Of a stretch of DNA of 46,805 bases, positions 40,928-46,805 are shown piece after piece. This DNA comes from Minisyncoccota bacterium. GTDB taxonomy: Bacteria; Patescibacteriota; Minisyncoccia; Minisyncoccales; Minisyncoccaceae. The stretch lies in assembly GCA_041650235.1 (NCBI GenBank), contig JBAZLP010000001.1, forward strand, positions 1 through 46,805, given 5' to 3'. Position 1 is the stretch's first letter, and each line of letters starts with the position of its first letter. A program made the translations under genes and the position numbers. The notes under the pieces are model-generated. The model worked only from the letters and a program-made list of their open reading frames with translations. It made no database searches and was not told where the DNA came from.

Positions 40928-42391
40928 TCAACCCAAAAATTCCAATTCCTTCTTCTTGCTCCTGAAGACGATATAAAGGAAAGGGACGTATAATAAAACA
41001 AGGAAAACAAAAGGAAGTTCCACATTCAATACGGCAAAAGGTACCTGCGAAGAAATATGGACTACCTGGACCAGATACCACAAAAGAATAATCGAAGGAA
41101 TCGCAATCGCCCAGGCCAGGAAAGGCAGGACCATCCCGAACAGAGGAAGAAGCAGTCCCAACGCCATCAATAACGGGGTCATCGGAACGGTCAGTATATT
41201 AGAAACAAGGGAAACGACGGAAAAGTACCCGAAAGAATATATCAAGAGAGGGATGGTAAAGACCTGGGCCGACAATGTCATAGCCAGAAGCTCCCTCGTG
41301 AAATCAAATCTGCTCTTGAAAATAAGATTGAGCCAATTGTTGAAAACAGGCCCGGCAAGTATCAGCCCCAAGACGGCCAGAAAGGATAACTGGAATCCCA
41401 GGTCGAATTTCAACAACAAAGGATTGGATAATAATATGAGGAATGCGGCCAGAACCAATGTCCTTAAATTGAACGATTGCCGGCCAAGTATCTGGGAGAG
41501 GAACAACAGAGAAACCATTATCCCCGCCCGCACTGCCGAAGCCGGCATCCCGACCAGAAACACATACAGGAAGGTGAAAACGATGGCCATGACCTGGGCC
41601 TGCTTCCTCCACAATCCCAAAAACAGCAAAACCTCGAAAAGCATGGCCGAGAATACGACTATATGCGAACCGGAAATGGCGATGATATGTGACAGCCCGC
41701 TCCTGCTCAAATCATCCTTCATCTCCTTATCCATCTTCCCGTCATTGTTCAAAATCAACCCCTCCATGACCGGACTCAGATCGGCGGGAATATATTTCCT
41801 CATCTCTCCTCCCATCCTTTCCTTCAACGAAATGGCAGAAAATACCATCACATCGAAAAGATTTCCACTCTTCCCTTTTTCGATTATGGCAATTTCGGGA
41901 AAATACATCGTCGCCGATATGCCGTCCTTGCTCAGATATCCGGCGTAGTCGAAATTATCTTTTTTTTCCGGAACCTCTATCTTTCCTTTTACAACTATTC
42001 TGTCTTTGAATCCGATCGGAGAATACTTGTCGGTAATCAGGAGAATCCTTCCATATTCCGTATCGACAATCGCTTCCGATTTATTGAATCCCCTCTCGAC
42101 ATCTTTCAAAACGGTTCCCTCAAAAACAACCTCTTCGCCGTTCATGCTGACAAGATGACTCTTCTTAACCAGATAAGAGTGGTAGTCGAGATCGAACGCT
42201 CCGAAGAAGAAAGCAATCAGACAGATTCCCATAACGACGATTTCTTTCTTTTCCCAGAACGCTCCGACGATGATTAATCCCGCAATGCACAAGATCGTTC
42301 CCCAAAAAAAAGAAAAGTCAAAAAAGGAGGCAAACAAAATGCCTCCGACGAAAGAAAGACAGAAATAGATTAAGGCATCCGCACCGCTCAT
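40928..42391 (-). CDS. comEC: ComEC/Rec2 family DNA-uptake channel (DUF4131 + Competence domains only)
   Basis: OB-like N-domain between TM helices. Signature SGLSHIIAISGSHI. Polytopic. At 487 aa there is no C-terminal metallo-beta-lactamase domain. Confidence 0.8.
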   Translation of the reverse strand: MSGADALIYFCLSFVGGILFASFFDFSFFWGTILCIAGLIIVGAFWEKKEIVVMGICLIAFFFGAFDLDYHSYLVKKSHLVSMNGEEVVFEGTVLKDVERGFNKSEAIVDTEYGRILLITDKYSPIGFKDRIVVKGKIEVPEKKDNFDYAGYLSKDGISATMYFPEIAIIEKGKSGNLFDVMVFSAISLKERMGGEMRKYIPADLSPVMEGLILNNDGKMDKEMKDDLSRSGLSHIIAISGSHIVVFSAMLFEVLLFLGLWRKQAQVMAIVFTFLYVFLVGMPASAVRAGIMVSLLFLSQILGRQSFNLRTLVLAAFLILLSNPLLLKFDLGFQLSFLAVLGLILAGPVFNNWLNLIFKSRFDFTRELLAMTLSAQVFTIPLLIYSFGYFSVVSLVSNILTVPMTPLLMALGLLLPLFGMVLPFLAWAIAIPSIILLWYLVQVVHISSQVPFAVLNVELPFVFLVLLYVPFLYIVFRSKKKELEFLG

Positions 42392-42975
42392 CTTTTCTTG
42401 AATAAATTAACAAAGACCATGCCCGAGACGAACCCGCCCAGATGCCCCCAGTATGCGACCGAGGTCTCGACGGCCATGGTCGAAAACAGCTGATAGACGA
42501 ACCAGACAAAGATATAGATGACGGCCGGGGCGGTAAAGAAAAGAGCCCTGATCTTATTCCTCGGAAAGAGGACCAGATACCCGCCTAAGGTCCCCGAAAC
42601 GGCCCCCGAAGCCCCTATAACCGCGGCAGCGGGGTCGCTCATGGCAAGAGCATAGACAATGCCCGCTCCCGCCCCGCAAAGGAGATAAAAGGCAAGAAAC
42701 TTGAGGTGGCCCAGACGGGCCTCCAGATTATCCCCGAAGACCCAAAGAAACCACATGTTTATGACCAGATGCCAGAAACCGGCATGCAAAAACAAGGAGG
42801 TGAAGAGGGTGAAAAACTGCCCGTCCGAAAGCTTCTCCGGAGAGAAACCAAAAATATCGATATAGTGCCCGAGATCGTAAAAGGTCGCCAGAAAGACGAC
42901 CGTGTTTAGGGCAATCAATGAAGCGACGACCAAAGGGAATCCTCCTATTCTCTTTTTGTCTCCCAAAGGGATCAT
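42388..42975 (-). CDS. Rhomboid-family intramembrane serine protease
   Basis: HAGFWHLVINMWFLWVFG (H..xN), GASGAVSG (GxSG catalytic Ser) and a downstream HLGG His. Confidence 0.85.
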   Translation of the reverse strand: MIPLGDKKRIGGFPLVVASLIALNTVVFLATFYDLGHYIDIFGFSPEKLSDGQFFTLFTSLFLHAGFWHLVINMWFLWVFGDNLEARLGHLKFLAFYLLCGAGAGIVYALAMSDPAAAVIGASGAVSGTLGGYLVLFPRNKIRALFFTAPAVIYIFVWFVYQLFSTMAVETSVAYWGHLGGFVSGMVFVNLFKKR

Positions 42976-43682
42976 CTTATCTTGAAAAAATCAAAACCTC
43001 CTTTTATCTCTTCCCCGACTTCCTTGAGCAATTCTTCCTCATACGGCCTGGCTCCGTCCAGCTTGGGATCGATCGTCCCCTTTTCTCCCCTGAAGCCCTG
43101 TAAGAAATATCTTTTTGCCGGAGAAATATCCTTGGCCATCCGGACGACATCGGCCCTCGAATGAATCCCGGGAACGATGGTGCTTCGGAATTCGTAATCG
43201 ACTCCCGAATCCTTTATCAAGGAAACCGACTCCTTTATCTTCTCAATATCGACATCTTTTATTCCCGTAGCGATGGAATATTTTTCCTTGTCGAAAGGAG
43301 CCTTGATATCCATAGCGATATAATCAAGAAGTTTTTGATCGATCAATATCTTCAAGATATCCGGATTGCTTCCGTTGGTGTCGAGCTTGATCAAAAATCC
43401 CATCTCCTTTATCTTCTTCGCAAAGGAAACCAATTCTTCGCCGTATACGGTGGGCTCGCCTCCGCAGATAACACAGCCCTCCAAAGTCCCTTTCTTTCCC
43501 TCGAGGAAATCAAAGAATTCCTTTTCCTTTATCTCCGGCTGCTTCTTTATCTCCGCGGGCAAAACCAATTCCTTGGAATAACAGAAAGGGCAGCGGAAAG
43601 GGCATCCGGAGAGAAAAACCGTGCAAGCTAGCTTGCCCGGAAAATCAACCAAAGTGACTTTTTGCAATCCTCCTATCTTCAT
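42972..43682 (-). CDS. nrdG: Anaerobic ribonucleoside-triphosphate reductase activating protein (radical SAM)
   Basis: MKIGGLQKVTLVDFPGKLACTVFLSGCPFRCPFCYS (CxxxCxxC). The start is placed at ATG 43682, which overlaps the stop of the upstream mini-ORF (ATGA). The track's 50-codon N-terminal extension reads through the 95-bp repeat in the wrong frame. Confidence 0.9.
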   Translation of the reverse strand: MKIGGLQKVTLVDFPGKLACTVFLSGCPFRCPFCYSKELVLPAEIKKQPEIKEKEFFDFLEGKKGTLEGCVICGGEPTVYGEELVSFAKKIKEMGFLIKLDTNGSNPDILKILIDQKLLDYIAMDIKAPFDKEKYSIATGIKDVDIEKIKESVSLIKDSGVDYEFRSTIVPGIHSRADVVRMAKDISPAKRYFLQGFRGEKGTIDPKLDGARPYEEELLKEVGEEIKGGFDFFKIR

Positions 43683-43978
43683 GAAGCTTTGAACTCCTTC
43701 CTGTCCTTGAATTCCTGCTGTTTGCCCTCGTTCCACTGGGACACGGGCCTCAGGTAGCCGACGACCCTTGAATAGACCTCGGTTTCCTGAAAATTCTTCA
43801 AACTCTTGTCCTTCTCGAAGCACTCGTTGCACTTGAAGACCATCTTCTCCTTGCCTTCGGGCAATGAGTATTTCAAAAGCTGGCCGTTCTTGATCTCTCC
43901 TTTCTCATTAACTGAGATCTCTTTTCCGCAATCGTGGCAAACATTGCTTATGTTCATATTTTTATTTCTTATTCGCAT
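43679..43978 (-). CDS. Stand-alone zinc-ribbon + glycyl-radical-loop protein (paralog of the NrdD C-terminal domain)
   Basis: CHDC-x31-CNEC followed by EVYSRVVGYLRPVSQWNEGKQQEFKDRKEFK, identical to the NrdD C-terminal glycyl-radical segment. The start is either 43978 (MRIRNKN) or 43957 (MNISNV, just after the nrdD stop). Confidence 0.7.
   Translation of the reverse strand: MRIRNKNMNISNVCHDCGKEISVNEKGEIKNGQLLKYSLPEGKEKMVFKCNECFEKDKSLKNFQETEVYSRVVGYLRPVSQWNEGKQQEFKDRKEFKAS
43687..43781 (-). repeat. 95-bp direct repeat, copy A (3' end of the mini-ORF)
   Basis: 94/95 identical to 43997-44091. The single difference (43742 c vs 44052 a) is a synonymous Val codon change. Confidence 0.95.
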
Positions 43979-46097
43979 TCGCGAGAGACGTCTTCACTTT
44001 GAACTCCTTCCTGTCCTTGAATTCCTGCTGTTTGCCCTCGTTCCACTGGGAAACGGGCCTCAGGTAGCCGACGACCCTTGAATAGACCTCGCAGGGCTGT
44101 TCGATCGCGCACTTGGGGCAGGTGAAATGCTTGCCAGCGATGTACCCGTGGGTCGGGCAAATTGAGAATGTGGGAGTAATGGTGATATACGGCAGCCTGT
44201 TCTTCTCGAATACTTTCTTGACCAGCGTCTTCACCGTCTCGATGTCCGAAATCTCCTCTCCGATGAACAGGTGCTCGACGGTTCCTCCGGTGTACTTGCA
44301 CTGGATGTCATCCTGCAGCTTTAATTCCTCGAAGATGTCATCGGTGTAGCTGACGGGCAACTGGGTCGAATTGGTGTAGTAAGGAATCTTCTTGGTTCCC
44401 AAAGAAATAATGTCCGGATACAGCTTCTTATCCTTCTGGGCAAGCCTGTATGAGGTGGATTCGGCCGGGGTCGCTTCCAGGTTATAGATGCTGTTGGTCT
44501 CCTTCTGGTATCCGACCAGCTTTTCTCTCATGAAGTCCATCACCTCTAAAGCGAAAGATCTTCCCTTCTTGGAACCGATATCGACTCCCATGAAATTCAA
44601 CAATGCTTCGTTCATTCCGCACAATCCGATCGTAGAGAAATGATTGGCGTAGTACTGGCCCTTAGCCTTCTTCACTCCGGAGAGATAATATCTGGAATAC
44701 GGATACAATCCCTTGGAAGTGAATTCCTCTATCGTTTTCCTCTTTATCTCCAAACTCTCCTTGGCCAGATCCATAATCTTGCCCAATCTGTCGAAGAATT
44801 CTTTCTTCGTCTTGGACAGGTATCCTAACCTCGGCAGATTGATGGTGACGACGCCGATCGAACCGGTCAGGGAGCCCGAACCGAACAGTCCTCCTCCGCC
44901 CCTGTTCGATAGTTCAGTCATGTCCAAACGCAGACGGCAGCACATCGATCTTACGTCTTCCGGCTTCATGTCCGAATTGATGTAATTGGCGAAATAGTTG
45001 ATTCCGTACTTGGCCGAAGCCTCGAACATGGGGTCCAAACTCGGATCATCCCACGGAAAATCCTTGGTTATGTTTATCGTCGGTATGGGGAACGAGAATG
45101 GCCTGCCGCTCTTGTCTCCTTTGATCATGGCGGTATAGAAGGCCTTGTCGAGCATCTTCATTTCTTCGGCGAATTCGGAATAAGTTTCCTTCTGGGGAAT
45201 CCCTCCGATGATCACCGGCTGGTTGGCGAAGACCGGAGACGGCTTCAGATCGAGAGTGATGTTCGTGAAAGGAGTCTGGAAACCGACCCTGGTCGGAACA
45301 GCCATGTTGTACAGGAATTCCTGGATGGCCTGCTCGACGTGATTATACGTCATGTTATCGTAGCGGATAAAAGGAGCGAGCAAAGTGTCGAAGTTGGAGA
45401 AAGAAACCGCTCCGGCTGCTTCTCCCTGGAGAGTGTACATGAAATTCACCACCTGTCCCAAGGCCGCTCTGAAATGCTTGGGCGGCTTAGACTCAACTTT
45501 TCCGATAACTCCTCCGAATCCCTTGAGCAAAAGATCGTATAGATCCCATCCGACGCAGTAGCAGGCAAGGGTGTCCAGATTGTGCAAGTGGATATCGCCC
45601 GATTCGTTGGCTTCACGAACTTCGGGAGGATAGACTTTGTTCAGCCAGTACTTCTTAACAATGTATGAAACTCCGTAGTGGTTCAATCCCTGGAGAGAAA
45701 AGGCCATGTTCGAGTTCTCCTTCACCTCCCAATCCAGCTTGTCTAAGTAATCATTGACCCTATCCACCGCTTCTTCGACCGATGCGGCCGATTCCCTGAT
45801 GACCCTCCTCTGTTCCCTGTATAAAATGAAGGCCTTGGCGGCTACCGCCTCCCCTTCGAGTATCAAAACCTCCTCGACTATGTCCTGGATCTGCTCGACA
45901 TTGGGAATTTCTTCGGCTTTAAACCTCCTGTTCAGTATTTTTAAGACTCCGTCGGCGATCTTCTCCGTCTTCTTTCCGTTTCCCTGCTTCGTGGCCGTGA
46001 TCGCTTTGAAAACTGCGTTGAAAATCTTGTTCGAGTCAAATTCAACAATGTCTCCATTTCGTTTCTGGACTTTGGTGATGTGGTTTTTGAGTTTCAT
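43962..46097 (-). CDS. nrdD: Anaerobic (class III) ribonucleoside-triphosphate reductase with an N-terminal ATP-cone
   Basis: ATP-cone (VQKRNGDIVEFDSNKIFNAV). Body motifs: NLDTLACYCVGWDL, and SMCCRLRL with the thiyl Cys region. The C-terminus is CPKC...C followed by the glycyl radical motif SRVVGYLRP. Confidence 0.95.
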   Translation of the reverse strand: MKLKNHITKVQKRNGDIVEFDSNKIFNAVFKAITATKQGNGKKTEKIADGVLKILNRRFKAEEIPNVEQIQDIVEEVLILEGEAVAAKAFILYREQRRVIRESAASVEEAVDRVNDYLDKLDWEVKENSNMAFSLQGLNHYGVSYIVKKYWLNKVYPPEVREANESGDIHLHNLDTLACYCVGWDLYDLLLKGFGGVIGKVESKPPKHFRAALGQVVNFMYTLQGEAAGAVSFSNFDTLLAPFIRYDNMTYNHVEQAIQEFLYNMAVPTRVGFQTPFTNITLDLKPSPVFANQPVIIGGIPQKETYSEFAEEMKMLDKAFYTAMIKGDKSGRPFSFPIPTINITKDFPWDDPSLDPMFEASAKYGINYFANYINSDMKPEDVRSMCCRLRLDMTELSNRGGGGLFGSGSLTGSIGVVTINLPRLGYLSKTKKEFFDRLGKIMDLAKESLEIKRKTIEEFTSKGLYPYSRYYLSGVKKAKGQYYANHFSTIGLCGMNEALLNFMGVDIGSKKGRSFALEVMDFMREKLVGYQKETNSIYNLEATPAESTSYRLAQKDKKLYPDIISLGTKKIPYYTNSTQLPVSYTDDIFEELKLQDDIQCKYTGGTVEHLFIGEEISDIETVKTLVKKVFEKNRLPYITITPTFSICPTHGYIAGKHFTCPKCAIEQPCEVYSRVVGYLRPVSQWNEGKQQEFKDRKEFKVKTSLANANKK
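43997..44091 (-). repeat. 95-bp direct repeat, copy B (3' end of nrdD)
   Basis: See copy A. Confidence 0.95.
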
Positions 46098-46143
46098 GTT
46101 ATTAACATTCTATACTCCTTAAAAATTGCTGTCAATTTTGACA
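46094..46143 (-). promoter_or_regulatory. nrdD control region: TTGACA-17-TAGAAT promoter, TGTCAA-TT-TTGACA palindrome, and AAGGAG plus a 4-codon uORF overlapping the nrdD ATG
   Basis: The minus strand reads TTGTCAAAATTGACA GCAATTTTTAAGGAGTA TAGAAT GTTAATAAC ATG. The -35 is at 46130-46135, the -10 at 46107-46112 and the palindrome at 46130-46143. The uORF ATG-TTA-ATA-ACA-TGA is at 46094-46108, with its SD AAGGAG at 46115-46120. Confidence 0.45.
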
Positions 46144-46189
46144 AATTTTTAGAAGATTTTATACCGCCCCTCCCGTGAAGAGCCTCTGA

Positions 46190-46805
46190 TTATTCCTGCT
46201 TTTCCGAACTCGTGGCTATTACCGTGACCCGTATCTCATTTTTCGACAGATTGTCGTCGAATGAAGCTCCGAATACTATCTTTGCTCCCGGAGAGGCCTT
46301 CTTTTTGATCATCTCGGCTATCTTTTTAACTTCCGAGAGGTAAAAATTCTTGTTTCCAGATGCGACGTTGAATAAGATTCCGTCGGCTTTGTCCAGAGAG
46401 AACCTGGCTAAAGGAGAATAGAGCGCTTTTTCGACCGCGGAGACCGCTCTTTCCTTGCCTTCGGCCTTTCCTGTTCCGAAGAATGCCGATCCGCTATCCT
46501 TAAGTATCTCCCTTATATCCGAGAAGTCCAGATTCAGTATCCCGGGATTCAATATTACGTTTGAAATGCTCTCTACGGCTTCCTTCAAGAGCTCATCGCA
46601 CTTGCTGAAGGCCTTTTCGACAGACGCTTTCGCGGGAATCAGCTCCTGTAATTTGTCGTTGGGGATGACCACCAGGGTATCGACTTTCTTTTTGGTATCT
46701 TCCATGCTCGCGAGAGCGATCTTCTTCCTCTTCTTGCCTTCAAAGGAGAAAGGCAGAGTGACTATTCCTACGGTCAGGACTCCCAGCTTCTTCGCCGCTT
46801 CGGCT
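46190..46805 (-). CDS. ftsZ: Cell division protein FtsZ, C-terminal ~205 codons; the gene runs off the right edge
   Basis: The frame is open to the window edge: AEAAKKLGVLTVGIVTLPFSFEGKKRKKIALASMEDTKKKVDTLVVIPNDKL... These are the FtsZ T7-loop/C-domain motifs. The track ORF's Met at 46705 is internal. Confidence 0.9.
   Translation of the reverse strand, partial: AEAAKKLGVLTVGIVTLPFSFEGKKRKKIALASMEDTKKKVDTLVVIPNDKLQELIPAKASVEKAFSKCDELLKEAVESISNVILNPGILNLDFSDIREILKDSGSAFFGTGKAEGKERAVSAVEKALYSPLARFSLDKADGILFNVASGNKNFYLSEVKKIAEMIKKKASPGAKIVFGASFDDNLSKNEIRVTVIATSSEKQE

Noticed and set aside
43683-43832. 50-codon N-terminal extension of nrdG in the track (MQRVLREGQEFEEFSGNRGLFKGRRLPEARVPVERGQTAGIQGQEGVQSF), and the 110-aa ORF 43969-44301 containing the same peptide
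   Set aside because: Both are the wrong-frame reading of the two 95-bp repeat copies. NrdG homologues start at MKIGG...VDFPG, and that ATG overlaps the mini-ORF stop.
46098-46189. NrdR box upstream of nrdD
   Set aside because: The only palindrome (TGTCAA-TT-TTGACA) does not resemble the NrdR-box consensus as I recall it, it occurs once rather than as a tandem pair, and no nrdR gene is in the window.

Overview
This 46.8-kb window looks like a small-genome Patescibacteria/CPR-like bacterium. That is an inference from gene content: pilin-fusion proteins, a minimal ComEC, a class III RNR and compact co-directional operons. The genetic code is standard, with TGA used as a stop. There are about 55 genes, and all but two are on the minus strand.

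Housekeeping backbone: uvrA (partial)-uvrB, pgk, mscL, a sensor kinase, rsgA, a frameshifted DEAD-box helicase, arsM-like, tRNA-Asn, rpoD-dnaG-htrA, a glycan/pilus block, comEC, rhomboid, nrdD-nrdG and ftsZ (partial).

Accessory content:
1. A 3.5-kb gene encodes a 1156-aa Cys-rich modular surface protein. It sits beside an ECF sigma factor, a putative anti-sigma protein and an M10 protease.
2. A visibly AT-rich island of about 8.5 kb (23.3-31.8 kb) abuts tRNA-Asn(GTT). It ends in a truncated large-serine-recombinase gene that overlaps the tRNA 3' end. It carries an AAA+ ATPase + S8 subtilase pair (an IetAS-like candidate defence module) and a string of nucleotide-hydrolase cassettes (HIT, two MazG-like, Nudix). 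Each cassette block is followed by a degenerate copy of the tRNA 3' end.
3. The most striking feature is a roughly 92-99-aa ORF between nrdD and nrdG. It is a free-standing zinc ribbon plus glycyl-radical loop, and a 95-nt segment at its 3' end is 94/95 identical to the corresponding segment near the 3' end of nrdD. It is a candidate GrcA-like 'spare part' for the anaerobic ribonucleotide reductase.

Promoters are mostly extended -10 type (TGnTATAAT). Several lie only 6-9 nt from the ATG, which suggests leaderless mRNAs. No CRISPR array, rRNA or intact transposase is present.
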